64,000 bases of DNA from Leucoraja erinacea (Eukaryota), in assembly GCF_028641065.1 (NCBI RefSeq), contig NC_073395.1, positions 32,054,001 to 32,118,000 on the forward strand. The letters run 5' to 3'. Positions within the stretch are counted from its first letter, which is position 1. Each line of letters begins with the position of its first letter. Below are positions 1 through 13,500 of the stretch, in pieces. The notes beneath the pieces are model-generated. The model was not told the origin of the DNA. It did no database searches and saw nothing but the letters and a program-made list of their open reading frames with translations. A program made the position numbers and the translations under genes.

Positions 1-582
1 TGTTTCTAATGCAGGAAATGACTGTTCAGATACCAGTTTATAGCACTTGACAATCCTCTGGTGATTGAATAATTGGTTCGAAATGTGGATAGGGCCTGGG
101 ACATATAAGGAATGATTTGCCATTCTTTAATTTTTATTGTGAGAAAACTGTTTACATAGTGTATTGAATAGCATATTAACTTCATTAATGTGAAATAATT
201 AAACCACAATAGAAAAATATTTAACACTTTTATAAATATGTCTTGTTGAAAATGCAAATCTAGTTATGGCATACTTTAAAAAAATGTACATAATTAAGGT
301 TGCCTCAGTTTCTGCACACACATCTAAAGGATGCAGAATGTTAAAAGCTTCAACATAGATGGGATCAAATGCAGCACGGTATATAACTCGACAAACTTGG
401 CAAAGTTTCCATTCAGAGCAAAAAATATAAATTCTTGGACAAATGGAAGTTCCATCAGCCAACTCAGATTTTTGTTTAACTTTAATAGTGATTTGGCATT
501 CCTGCTGTGCTGAAGGTACAGACTGAAATTTGGACTGTAAATGTAAATAAATCTCAAGTGGTGCTCCGGAATTTATAGTAAA

Positions 583-858
583 CTAGACCAAGTGCAGACC
601 CCTTGGGTCTGTTTCCGCAACGCTCGGTTGCGAGGGGAGGGGGCGGCCTGAGGCGTCACACACACACTAACCAACCTCACACACATACGACTGGAAAGGT
701 AATATCGCTAGCGAAATGGTAAAACTCTCAGCGTTTTTGCGTCTGGTTTTCGCGGAGTAACAAATCAAAGGCAAAATCAAAGGCAAAATCAAAATGACAT
801 ACACCCATACACACACAGTTTTAAAAGTGTGTATATATATATATATAGATAGATAGAT
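583..858 (-). mobile_element. Non-autonomous Helitron-like element
   Basis: On the minus strand it begins TC(TA)n and ends with the hairpin CAGACCC-AAG-GGGTCTG (595-611), 8 nt before CTAG followed by T. Confidence 0.6.
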
Positions 859-1736
859 AGCAGGTCGTAGAATTTTACTGTCAAATAACTCCAGCCATAT
901 CTCAAATACGGCATCCAACAGAAAAACTTAGAATTGTACTAGGTCCTGGAGACATTATGTCCCAACCTAATACTTGAAATGCCAGTCACCCTGACCAATG
1001 TGGAACCAGTACAAAGCTGGATGCAAATTTACTAGACTCGAGGAATACACAAATGGCATCAGGAAGGGGATGGAAATGCTATAGAAATGGAAGTGAGATA
1101 TATTTTAAATTTGGAATTTATTTTGAAATCCTTCCCTTGACCCAGTCGAGCAGTCGAATTTGGGTCTGGCAAGTGCTCAAGAAGAAAACCCAGGTTCACT
1201 CACCAATCATCTGCACAATGGTAGACTTCCTCACCTTGCTTTACCTCGCCTTGTTTTACCTCCCCTTCCCTTTCTCCTTTAAAGTTGTACAGCAATGAAA
1301 TGGGCCAATCATCCCACCACATCCATACCTACATTTTGCTAATTGACACTGCTCCCATTTGCTCACATTAAGACCACATCTTGTGTGTTTAGATGTTTGT
1401 CTAAATGCCTTTTAAACATAGTAATTATATCTGATTTCACCACCTCCTCTGGCAATGTGTTCCAGATGATTCCTTTCCCTGCTCCCACTAATTCTTTTTA
1501 CATTCATTTTCCTTGCCCTCTATGAATCATTTCGCCCGGGTCCTCACCACCATTCTTAAACCTGGTGGTAGAACTATTGCTCATGTGAGGATTCCTGCAC
1601 ACAACCCAGAATAACAATGTTAATGGTCCTTCTATGATGCCCCTTCTAAGCTAGATTTGCCCACATTGAGCCCATATCCCTCTTAAACCTTTCCTGTCCA
1701 TGTACCTGTCCAAGTGTCTTTTAAATGCTGTTATAG

Positions 1737-2215
1737 TGATAAGGTTAATTACTTAAAAAACAGACAACCCACAAAAGTGTTAGGTAAACCAACTCAAGCT
1801 TTACTGATCATCAGCCGGCGGAAGTGATGGGGATACACCAGTCAAGTAAGCAACAGACACTTGACTTTCCCGTGCCACTACTTCAATGAACAAAGATTTG
1901 CACGGTGTTTTATACTGTGTGTCACTTAATCACATTCCACAGATGTTAGTCATGGTCACAAGATGCAGCCAATATACATCACTGTAGGACGAGTCCGAGC
2001 TTGTCTCTCTTATCAAATAGTAGACACATTTCAACGGCACCGGTCATTGTCACAATATACATCAACCTGAGACAAGCCCGGGCCTGTCTCTCTCTCTCCC
2101 ACCAACTGGCACTCTTCCACTGGAGAAAGCCTGCTTGAGAAGGAATACAAGCTACAACCTCGTCAAGTATTCCACCATGTATCTTTTATATATTTAAAAG
2201 CATTTAACCTTTTCA
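1737..2215 (-). mobile_element. Solo LTR (479 bp) inserted in a CR1 fragment
   Basis: TG...CA ends; 12-bp imperfect terminal inverted repeat TGATAAGGTTAA/TTAACCTTTTCA; 4-bp TSD ATAG (1733-1736, 2216-2219). Minus strand has TATAAAA and AGTAAA. The host CR1 sequence resumes on both sides. Confidence 0.8.
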
Positions 2216-3413
2216 ATAGTACAGGCTTCATCTATTTCCTCTGGCAGCTCATTCCATATATCTATATGAGTGAAAAGTGTGTTTTGTTAAAAGAGATAAT
2301 AGTGCAAGATGCAGTTGAAATACAATAACAGAAAAACAATGATTGATAAGGCAGCCATATCAGAAAAATCTAACAGTTTAAGACTATTAAATTGTAATGC
2401 AAATTGTAAATCAGAATCATCAGAGAGCTACACAAAAGTGGTCTAAGAATAGTGTGATGTCAGTAAGTGAAATAGATTATCATAAAAGATTATGTTATTT
2501 TACTCATACTATTATCTGAATACTTGATTTGCTCATATCAAATACTCAAGGAAGGCATTACATATGCAAAAAAAACCAGATTAACACATAACACACGTGG
2601 AAAACATACCACTTGTTAACAGCCACTTTTAAGCTGTCACTGAGAAAATTGCGTAGAATGACCTGTTTTTGGATATCTACTTGCTGAATCTTTTCAAAAA
2701 TAGGATAAATAAATTATTAAATAAATATACTTCACAAATTGAGAAAGCTTGACATACATTATGGTCAAACAAGACTGAGCTTTAATCACCAACTGTTTAT
2801 CAATGTTGTTTTGAGGACAGGAAAAGAGACTATCAATGATGCTGCTGTCAAATTTGTAAAATGAAATGAGGGATATCATCTACTTAAATTGATTCTACAC
2901 ATTGGATATAAGCAAATGGTTATAACATTGATGAAGTCATATCTGGAAATTTTGAGCGCTGGAAAATATCTAACATTGAAGCAAAGAAGTCATGATAAAT
3001 TAAATTTATACATCATATTAAGTTTTAGTTTTAATATAAATTTCAGTTAATTTGGACTTGTATGTTCTTTCACTCGTGATCTATTTTCAGAGAATAGTAC
3101 GGTGTTTGATGTGCAGTGTGGAATGAAAGGTTTTTTTAAAACCACCCACTGTTAGAACAAAATTCAATATTGTCTGATTAGTGTCCTTAATTAAATCTGT
3201 CATGAAACGTCTGTGACATCACTGACATTTCCACCAGTAATTCCGGGATAATTTTTGATTAAAATTCACCGTTTATGTTAAACATTGGCTATACTAACTT
3301 AATTTCATGAGGTTGGCACAGAGAGTGTAATTCCAGGAATGCAGGCACATTAATTGTACCACCCATTTTTTTCCACTTTCACTGAAATTTACATTTCATG
3401 TTTCAATGTTCAG

Positions 3414-3813
3414 GATTAGCTGGTATTCATCTAAAACAAGTTTTAACTGATTGTGGCAGGACTATCACCAGAAGAGATTTAGAGAGGTGGTTCTCAAGGA
3501 TTACCCGGAAAATACAGTAAGACGTGGTTTTCCCAGTGATGTCCAGATTCCTTAAATGAATTATTCAAAAAATAATTTCAGACCATCACTGCAAGAATTG
3601 GTATTTCCAGCCAACACTACACACTCATGGATCGATGCATGCACAAAAGATAGAAGATGGGAATGGAAACAAGCAAGTTCTTCCCTCATATTGCTTCTCT
3701 CACACCATTGCTGACCTGGTCTGGTATCTACTACCTTCAGGATGCAGCCAATTTCATCAGAGTTGGAGCTATCAAGTCACTTTTAATAATGGGTGCTGAA
3801 GTGCCTAACAAAA
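3414..3813 (+). pseudogene. Candidate exon chain of a nested antisense gene or pseudogene in METTL25 intron 3
   Basis: 3414-3516, 3582-3672 and 3741-3813 splice in phase into an open frame: GLAGIHLKQVLTDCGRTITRRDLERWFSRITRKIQPSLQELVFPANTTHSWIDACTKDRRWEWKQDAANFIRVGAIKSLLIMGAEVPNK. Introns are 65 and 68 nt, the second with a weak GC donor. Protein not recognised. Confidence 0.35.
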
Positions 3814-4067
3814 GTTTGTTCTGTTCTGTTACTGTCATCAGTCCTTCTCCCAAATGTGTTCAAAATAGATTAGTACTGATTAATCAGTCAGGCGACAGAT
3901 TTAGATGATTATCATCAGGAGATTTCCTTACTCCATTTAACATAGTACTATCAGACCTCATGGAGCCTAGTCAATGCTAAAATATCCAAGGATACCCTCC
4001 TGAATGGCTACTATTATCGTGCCCACTCTGGTAGGCCTATTCGGCCAGTGAGCAGGACACGAATCTT

Positions 4068-5320
4068 ATAGAATTTTCGAGGATGTAACTAGTAGCGTGG
4101 ATAGGGGAGAACCAGTGGATGTGGTATATCTGGACTTCCAGAAGACTTTCGACAAGGTCCCACATAAGAGATTAGTATACAAACTTAAAGCACACGGCAT
4201 TGGGGGTTCAGTATTGATGTGGATAGAGAACCGGCTGGCAAACAGGAAGCAAAGAGTAGGAATAAACGGGTCCTTTTCACAATGGCAGGCAGTGACTAGT
4301 GGGGTACCGCAAGGCTCAGTGCTGGGACCCCAGCTATTTACAATATATATTAATGATCTGGATGAGGGAATTGAAGGCAATATCTCCAAGTTTGCAGATG
4401 ACACTAAGCTGGGGGGCAGTGTTAGCTGTGAGGAGGATGCTAGGGGACTGCAAGGTGACTTGGATAGGCTGGGTGAGTGGGCAAACGTTTGGCAGATGCA
4501 GTATAATGTGGATAAATGTGAGGTTATCCATTTTGGTGGCAAAAACGGAAAAGCAGACTATTATCTAAATGGTGGCCGATTGGGAAAGGGGGAGATGCAG
4601 CGAGACCTGGGTGTCATGGTACACCAGTCATTGAAGGTAGGCATGCAGGTGCAGCAGGCAGTAAAGAAAGCGAATGGTATGTTGGCTTTCATAGCAAAAG
4701 GATTTGAGTATAGGAGCAGGGAGGTTCTACTGCAGTTGTACAGGGTTTTGGTGAGACCACATCTGGAGTATTGCGTACAGTTTTGGTCTCCAAATCTGAG
4801 GAAGGACATTATTGCCATAGAGGGAGTGCAGAGAAGGTTCACCAAACTGATACCTGGGATGTCAGGACTGTCTTATGAAGAAAGACTGGATAGACTTGGT
4901 TTATACTCTCTAGAATTTAGTAGATTGAGAGGGGATCTTATAGAAACTTACAAAATTCTTAAGGGGTTGGACAGGCTAGATGCAGGAAGATTGTTCCCGA
5001 TGTTGGGGAAGTCCAGGACAAGGGATCACAGCTTAAGGATAAGGGGGAAATCCTTTAAAACCAAGATGAGAAGAACTTTTTTCACACAGAGAGTGGTGAA
5101 TCTCTGGAACTCTCTGCCACAGAGGGTAGTTGAGGCCAGTTCATTGGCTATATTTAAGAGGGAGTTAGATGTGGCCCTTGTGGCTAAGGGGATCAGAGGG
5201 TATGGAGAGAAGGCAGGTACGGGATACTGAGTTGGATGATCAGCCATGATCATATTGAATGGCGGTGCAGGCTCGAAGGGCCGAATGGCCTACTCCTGCA
5301 TCTAATTTCTATGTTTCTAT
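4068..5320 (+). mobile_element. 5'-truncated CR1 LINE with an open RT C-terminal ORF (4097-5230)
   Basis: VYLDFQKTFDKVPH, SGVPQGSVLGP, KFADD and LVRPHLEYCVQFWSP motifs; 3' UTR ending in (TTTCTATG)n. Confidence 0.95.
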
Positions 5321-5796
5321 GTAAGAAGTAGCAATGAAGAAATCAAACTGAAAGTTAAAATTGTATATGACTAGGTAAGATTGCTACTTAGACTGTGGCT
5401 CAATTTTGGCCATCCTTTTTGTGATTCTGTGAAAAAGTCCTCTCAAGATAGAAAGGCGGTTGTACAGGATTAAAGGTACCAAATCTGCCTGACAGATCAA
5501 AATGCATGACAGATTAATTTCTACATAAACTGAAAGCATTGGCATTCCACCAGCACTATTTTCACACCATCTTATATTCCACATATGGAAAGATCTTCCA
5601 TGAAAATTAATAAATCGAGGAATTAGGGCTAGCATTTTCTTGGCATGAATAACATATCCTGGATTAAAAGGATTTAGGCTTGTAAGTACACTAGAGACTC
5701 AGTATTGCTTTAAGAATATTATTGTTTTAAACAGACTTGGAATTGTGCTACTGCACTATGAGAATGTTTTAAATAAATCAAAGAAGGTTCTCTCAC

Positions 5797-5903
5797 CTGT
5801 TGGATATTGCAATATTTGGCAAAACATGCAACAATTTCAGACATCACTTCAACCTCATGGGACTTCTTTGTATTCATAAATGTGCTGGTTTTCAGAAACA
5901 TTT
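5797..5903 (-). CDS. METTL25: METTL25 exon 3
   Basis: ttttag acceptor, phase 1. EMFLKTSTFMNTKKSHEVEVMSEIVACFAKYCNIQQ contains the conserved MNxKKSHEV motif. CAG/GTGAG donor. I did not find the next exon (VIDxGSGKG) in the window. Confidence 0.92.
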
Positions 5904-6828
5904 CTAAAATGGAAAGTATTTTGAGATTTTACTAATTCGCTGAGAAACTGCCTGATGTTTAGACATGAAAGGTTGACATCCAATACTAATGCTTTCTCAG
6001 AAATATAAGCTGTATTATTACGTAAAGAAATAACGTCGAAGGTAACTTCATAGTAATATAGAACAATTTCAACTTCTTGATACCCATAAGACAGAAAATA
6101 TGTCTCCAACGTTTATACTGCGACTTGTGTCTGATCTGGACAGACAACATAAAGCCTTGGGTGAATTTTAGTCATCCAAAGCATTTCTTGAAACAACACT
6201 CAGGTTTCTTACATATGCAAACCGACCTCTTATGTTGGTTGTGAAATTCTAAATGTCAAATCTAGGAGCAAATGGGATTGTTTTTTTTCCCACTCTCATC
6301 TTGTGTGGCTGTCATATATCTTAAGCAGCCTAATCAATGGCTCCTAAAGAACCATTTATTCATTTGTAGAATAAAGAACCCTTTTGTTCTATTATGTGTG
6401 GACTCATAATAAAAAAATTACTAGCTTACTATTGGTATGTTTTAATATTGCTGAAAGGCATTGCTTTACCACATCATCTTCCACTCTTCTAAGCACTTCT
6501 GCTCAGAGAAGTTCTCCTCACGATGTGCACATTTATGGCATCCTTAGTTCACAAGCAGCACCAAAAAACAACCAGGACAAAAATGGCTCATATAAAAGCT
6601 GACTGATGCATCCACTTATCTGGTGCCAGTTCTGGATACGTTAATTGGTTCTTACATAGCGTCAACATTCAAACTATGACTCCTAACGTTACATCTGAAT
6701 CTTCTAAGATTGTGACATGTGAAAATATTGTTATATCAACCATTTTGTAAGTGCTTTTTTTCCTATTCAACCCAATGGTTGTTGGGATGGAGGACGTTTG
6801 GTATGACCACTAAAACTCCCACCAACTT

Positions 6829-8200
6829 CTACAGGTGAACCATAGAAAGCATTTTATCAGGAACCATCACAGCTTGTTTTGGGAACAGCGCCATCCAGGA
6901 CCGCAAGAGATTGCAGCGAATTAGGCCATCACACAAACCAACTTCCCTTCTTTTGATTCCATTTATGCCTCACTTTGCCTTGGCAAGGCCAGCAGCATAA
7001 TCAAGGACGAGTCGCACCATGGCCACTCCCTCTTCTCCCCTCTCCCATCAGGCAACGTCACATGCGGACGACACAACCCTGATTGGACTGATCCAGGATG
7101 GGGAGGAATCTGCCTACAAACAGGAAGTGACACAGCTGGCGTCCTGGTGCCATCGCAACAACCTGGAGCTCAATGCTCTTAAGACGGTGGAATTTATTGT
7201 AGACTTTAGGAGAACTCCCCCTCCTCTCCCCCCACTCACCATCAACAAAACCACAGTCACATCTGTGGAGAAATTTAAGTTATTCAGAACCATCATCTCC
7301 AGGGACCTTAAATGGGAGGCCACCATCAACTCCACAGTCAAAAAGACCAATGTACTTCCTGTGGCAGCTGAAAAAATACAATCTGCAACAGGCAATGATG
7401 GTCCAGTTTTATATTGCCATCATAGAGTCTGTCCTCACCTTCTCCATCATAGTGTGGTTTGGCTTAGCCACCAAGCATGTCATCCGGAGGCTGCAGCGCA
7501 TCAATCAATCAGCCGTGAAGGTTATTGGCTGCAACTTTCCCCCATCGACGAACTGTACACTGCAAGGGCCAGGAAGAGAGTGGGTAAGATCATCTCTGAC
7601 CCCTCTCACCCTGGCCACAAGCTCTTTGAAGCACTTCCCTCTGGAAGGTGTCAAAGCCGACACAGCCAGACATAAAAACAGCTTTTTTCCACAAGCAGTA
7701 ACTCTACTCAACTGCCAAACGTCCGTAGCCTCCTTGTGCTCTGGTATTTTATTTCATTCTTCACGTTTCAATTATAATGTTTTATTTATAATTGTCTACT
7801 GTATATCGTGTTGTTACTTGCGAGCAAAGCACCAAGGCAAATTCCTTGTATGTATACATATCTGGCTAATAAAATGTATTCAATTCAATTCAATTCAAAA
7901 GGTATAGAAGTGTGAAAACGCACACCACCAGATTCAGGGATAGTTTCTTCCCAGCTGTTATCAGGCAACTGAATCATCCTACCCCAACCAGAGAGCAGTG
8001 CTGAACTACTATCTATCTCTTTGACGACCCTTGGACAACATTGATCAGACGTTGCTGGCTTTACCTGGCACTAAATATTATTCCATTATCATGTATCTAT
8101 ACTGTAAATGGATCGATTGTAATCATGCATTGTGACTGGTTAGCACGCAACAAAAGCTTTTAACTGTACCTTAACTGTGACAATAAACTAAACTAACCTA
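6829..8200 (+). mobile_element. Rex1/Babar LINE 3' fragment interrupted by a second Rex1/Babar-like copy (7056-7898)
   Basis: Host reads ...LPSGK/RYRSVKTHTTRFRDSFFP across the insert. Insert has ADDTT and WCHRNNLELNALKT motifs, frameshifts and an (ATTCA)n tail. Host tail is (TAAAC)n. Confidence 0.85.
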
Positions 8201-9850
8201 AAGGGGAAACAGCACTCGCACACTAAGGGTATTTAAATCAAGCCATTATTATTTTGAAATATCATGTTTGTAGCACACACATCTAACTACGTTAACGTTA
8301 TGATATTTTCTATTCGTAACTTTTCAGTTGCTATAGTTGATAGACACCCACACAACTGGACTGATTTTACTACCATTGGCACAGGACATAACTGTTGTGT
8401 TTTAACAAAGGTTAACTGTAGCAGAACAAATCCATTCCTTGGCAGTAATGATTGAAGGCGACTTGCTTGTACTCCAATTTGGTGGGTTTCATGGTGGCTA
8501 GTCAGGCTGATGTGGAAACTACAAACTTCCATAAATGGGGCAGGAGGTGCTATAGGTCTCCTTCAAGAAATGTAACATCTCGTTGACTTCTGGGAGCGAC
8601 TGGCCCATATGTCCAATAGGTAGTTTGTGTAGGAAGGAACTGCAGATGCTGGATAGGCACAAAATGCTGGAATACCTCAGTGGGCCAGGCAGCATTTCTG
8701 GAGAGGAATGGGTGATGTTTTGGGTCGAGACCCTTCTTCAGACTGAAAGTCAGGGGATGTGAGACAGAGTTTGTTAGATGGGGCACACTTTCCACTGTCA
8801 GCCCAGGGCTTCTATTTCCAAACTAGGCATGAACTTGTGGTTCGAAGTACCTCTTCAATGTTCCTTCTCCATTTTGATTGATTCTTCAGAGATTTCCAAG
8901 ATTCACTGAGGATGTTACATTTCTTCAAGGAGGCTTTGAGCAAATTTTTTTAATATTCCACAGTTGGATATGTATTGGTTCTTTGCTAGGAGGCCAATTA
9001 ATATTCTTATTTTTTTAATTAAAATCTTTCTGTAAATCTTTGAAATATACAATTGAACATTCTGTAGCACAATCTAGGCTCACAAAGGACATTATCTTTA
9101 GTGCAAAACTACTTATGTTACATGAAAGAATGATGATGGGGATGATAAACACAGTTAGTTGAAGAATACAAAGAGACACTGAAACAGATTTAAAAAATAA
9201 ATAAAACAAAGAATGCAGACTTCTGAGTCAAATAGTTTCAAATCTGAAAAAGTATAATAATGACAAGTTAATCCAGAATAAAGAAGTTAATCCAGGAATA
9301 AAGAAAAAAGATGGTCAAATTAATAATTTTATCTGATTCTAAAAGAAGGTGAGCACATTGGATTTCCAGGATTGATATGGGAACAAAATGACAACAACAT
9401 TGCAGCTGACCTATTTTAACAGAACAGAAATATTCAATTATATAAAAACAAAGCTGGGTGATGGAAGGGTGGGGATAGGATGATCTTATGGCAGTCTTTA
9501 CAATCATGAGATTGTAGAAGGTAGCATGTGTAGTGGAAATCATATCCGTGGCAATAAATAAAGAGGTCGTTAATAAATCAAATTGGAATTTTAAAGAAAT
9601 GTCATTATCTAAAGGATGGTTTGCACCTGGAATTTGGCACTATGTAGTTAATAGCAAATACGCATTTCAGAGAAGATGGATAAACATGAGGAGGAAAGGA
9701 ACCCAATATAACATTGATAGGATTAGATGAAGGGCAGGAAGAGGCTTTGGTAAAGGGTCGGAACTACATGGACCAAGTGACCCAATTCCCCAGCTTTTGG
9801 ACATTCATTACATTCCTCACAACATTCCATTAAAAATATAGAGTGCATAC

Positions 9851-10003
9851 CTTTTTGTTTATCTCCCCACAATTCCTGTTGCAGGTTGTCCAATGGTGTG
9901 CAAACTCCAAGGTTTGGTAACGAGTGATCCCGAGTAATTCCCATGTAAGCAGCCACATTGTTAAGCTTCTGAGATTGATCCCATACTGAGCCACCTTTTC
10001 CTT
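9851..10003 (-). CDS. METTL25: METTL25 exon 2
   Basis: cag acceptor, phase 1 in and out. ...SQKLNNVAAYMGITRDHSLPNLGVCTPLDNLQQELWGDKQK resembles the SQKL...SVQNLGICTP segment of METTL25. GTATG donor. Confidence 0.88.
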
Positions 10004-10573
10004 CTGGTCAGGAATATTGACAAAATCTGTGCATTAGTTTCCATTGTCACTAAAGAGCACTCATGTTAGTTCTTCAAACTGAGTTGCGTACATTCATGTC
10101 AAGTCTGTTCTGAATGACTAGACTTTCAACAGGGAAGTCAATAACAAGGAATAAAGATTCAAGATAATTGGTAGAAAATGAGTGGCAAAGTTGGAACTGG
10201 GAATTACTCTCTAAAGGATGGGTTGGAGCAACAAGTCTAATCGTATTTAAAGAAGTACCTGGATAAACACTAGAACTGCCATATCTTACAAGGCTATGTA
10301 TCTATAGCTAGGACATGGAATTAGACTGAGTAGCTCCTCTTTGTCTGGCATGGACAAAATGGGGTACTTGGTCTCCATCATGAAATTCCTGCTTTTAAAA
10401 AAGTAATAAAAGGAAAACCGCAATTCCCTGTGGCTTTGAAAGTATGAGTATACATTTCTGAGAATACAAGTCTGAAAATAAAATGTATTTTTGTACACAA
10501 TTAAAATTATAAAATAAGATGATTAGAAATTCAGTGAAATTCAAAAGTAATTTTAGTGCACATATTAACATAC

Positions 10574-13500
10574 TGTAGCGGCACCAAGTGTAGGGCAGTC
10601 TTTGGGTAGTCAAACCCTCGAATTGGCTGCTCCAGTCACGTGGGCGCGGGGAGCGATATTTGCATTCTTTTTACCCAGTTGTTTCATTCTAGTGCCACAC
10701 TTGTGGAAGTAACATTGTTTTGTTTTGGTGGCTGTCTTACCGACCAGAGTTTATTCACTGTTTAACTGTTACAAAATAAAACCCTCTGAATTCACTCACT
10801 ATCTCGACTCGCCAAACTGGTGACCCCGACGTGTCCACCCGTATATTGGACGTCAAGAATGCAAGCCACCACCGTTACTGACGCTCAGCAGAATGCCGTT
10901 GCCCTCAAGCTACCCGTGTTCTGGGCTAAACAGCCTCAGGTTTGGTTCTCCCACGTAGAAGTGCAATTTTATCTCCGCAACATCGTGGTAGACGACACCA
11001 AATATTTTCATGTCGTCGGCGCGCTCACACATGAGACGCCTTCGCGGCCACTGCTGTTTCTACAAGACCCGTTGGCGCTCGCAAATTACGAAGGCCTCAA
11101 AGTCCTCCTTCTCCGCACGTGCGGGCTCAGCCGCAGAGATCGCGCCGCCCGCCTTTTACGCATGGACAGATTGGGCGATCGCAAGCCGTCCACGCTGATG
11201 GCCGAAATGCTCGCCCTGATGGACGGCCACCGCCCTTGTATGCTCTTCGAACAGGCGTTCTCAGAGCAGATGCCTGACGACATCCGCCTCATGCTCGCCG
11301 GTTCTGATTTCGCTGACCCCATGCAGCTCGCCGAGAGGGCCGACGAACTCTGGCTGGCGAAGCAGCAAGATGGCGACTCCATAAACCAGGTCTCCGTGCC
11401 AGCGCGCCAGTTGCCACGGAGGGATCGCGGGGAGACCCCACCCACTGCTTCCATCGCAGAGCCACAGCCATGTGCCGGGGACCGGGGTAAGCACAAATGG
11501 TGCTTCTACCACCTCCGCTGATGTGCTGAGGCTCGACGCTGCCGTCAACCCTGCTCGTTTCAGGGAAACGCCTCAGTCGATCGTCTGTAGAGGCGATCGG
11601 CCCAAACAATCGCCTCTACGTCCGTGACCATCACTCCAGCAGGCGCTTCTTCATTGACTCCGGTGCTATCGTTAGCATCCTCCTGCTGACAGGACGCGAC
11701 ACCCGTGCTGGTAAGCGGGGCCCTGTGCTCATGGCAGTTAATAGAAGTACCATTTGCACTTACGGCACGCGGTCCCTCTCGCTCCCTTTCGACTCCCGGC
11801 CATATGAGTGGACTTTCATCGTGGCCGACGTCACACAATCGCTCCTGGGTGCCGAATCCCTGCGGGCCTTCTCCCTCTTAGTCGATGTGCAGGGTGGGCG
11901 CATGATCCCGGCATCGGCCCTCGGCCCCGCAGCTTCCGCCTCCACACAGCCCACAGCTCAGCGCCGTCGCCGAGGTCGATGGCCCTATGCCTCCCTCGTC
12001 ACTGAGTTCCCTGAGCTCCTTGCTCCCCGTTTCAGCGCGGCAGCCCCCAAGCACAGGGTCGCCCATCACATCCCCACCTTGGGCGCTCTGGTACACGCCC
12101 GGGCGTGTCGTCTTCCACCGGACAAGATGTGCATCGCCCGGGAGGAGTTTTAGCCCATGGGGGACATGGGGATCGTCTGGCGCTCGGACAGCCCGTGGGC
12201 ATCCCCGCTGCACATGGTCTCCAAAGCATCTGGGGGGTGGAGACCATGTGGGGACTATAGGCGTCTAAACGCCATGACAACTGCGGACCGCTACCCGGTG
12301 CCCAACATCCAGGACTTTTCTGCCCACCTCGAGGGTGCTGCCTTCTTCTCTAAAGTCGACCTTGTCCGTGGCTATAACCAGATCCCAGTTTATCCGGACA
12401 ACATCCCCAAGACCGCGACGATCATCCTGTTCGGGTTGTTCGAATGGCTGCGTATGCTCTTTGGATTGAAGAACGCCGCGCAGGCGTTCCAAAGGCTTAT
12501 GGACAGGGTCGGGAGGGGTCTGCCGTTCATCTTAATCTACCTCGATGACATCCTAGTTGCAAGCCCCACCCAGGACAAGCACATCGAACACCTGCGGACT
12601 CTCTTCCAACGCCTCCTCGACCATGGCCTCATAATAAACCCCGCCAAGTGCCAGTTCGACCTCCGTTCCATCGCCTTTCTGGGGCACAGCATCACACCTC
12701 CAGACGCCACCCCTCTACCCTCGAAGGTGGAGGCCATTCGTCAGTTTCACCGGCCGCGTACAGTAAAGGGGTTGCCGGAATTTGTCGGCATGGTGAATTT
12801 TTACCATTGTTTCTTGCCAGCAGCTGCCAAGATCATGCGCTCCCTTTTCCAGTGCCTCACGGGCAAGCCGCAGGAGGTCAAAAGTTAATTTATTGTCACA
12901 TACACCAATTGGTGTGGCGAAATTTGAATTGCCATTGCAGCACATTAATAAGAATACAATATAACATTATAAAGAAATTTAACATAAAACATAAAATCAT
13001 CCCCCCACAATGGTTCCCACTGTGAGGTAAGGCACAAAGTCCAGTCCCCATCCTCTTGTCCCCCCATAGTCGGGCCTATTGAGGCCTCCGCAGTTGCCGC
13101 TACAGGGCCCGATGTTTCAGGCCCTTCTCGTCGGGTGATGGTGCTCCGGCGTCGGGAGAACCCTCACAGTGGCTTGGGATGCCTGGAACGGCCTCTTCCA
13201 TACCGGAGACTGCGGCTTCCGAAACCAACAGGCCGCGCTGGACGGAGCTCCATCACTGGCAGTCTTGGCGAGAGATCCCAGGCTCCCGATGTTTAAGTCA
13301 GCACCGCCGCCCGCGGCTGGCCGCTCAACAGATCCCCCAGCTCCGCGATGTTCATCGGCGGACTCAGCATTGCGGAGCTCCAGCGTAGCGACCCGGGCAT
13401 GGCATCGCCCGCTCCGCTATAGCCTCCAGTTGGCTGATATCCCGTGTGGATCCTTGGGCACGATGGTCCTCTACGATGTCTCCACCGGTCGACCTCGCCC

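Noticed and set aside
199-510. Minus-strand open frame (QQECQITIK...HPLD) as METTL25 exon 4
   Set aside because: Lacks the expected SAM-binding VIDxGSGKG motif and has no convincing donor.
2610-2689. 80-nt minus-strand exon-like segment (IQQVDIQKQVIL...)
   Set aside because: Weak acceptor, would frameshift METTL25, and has no recognisable homology.
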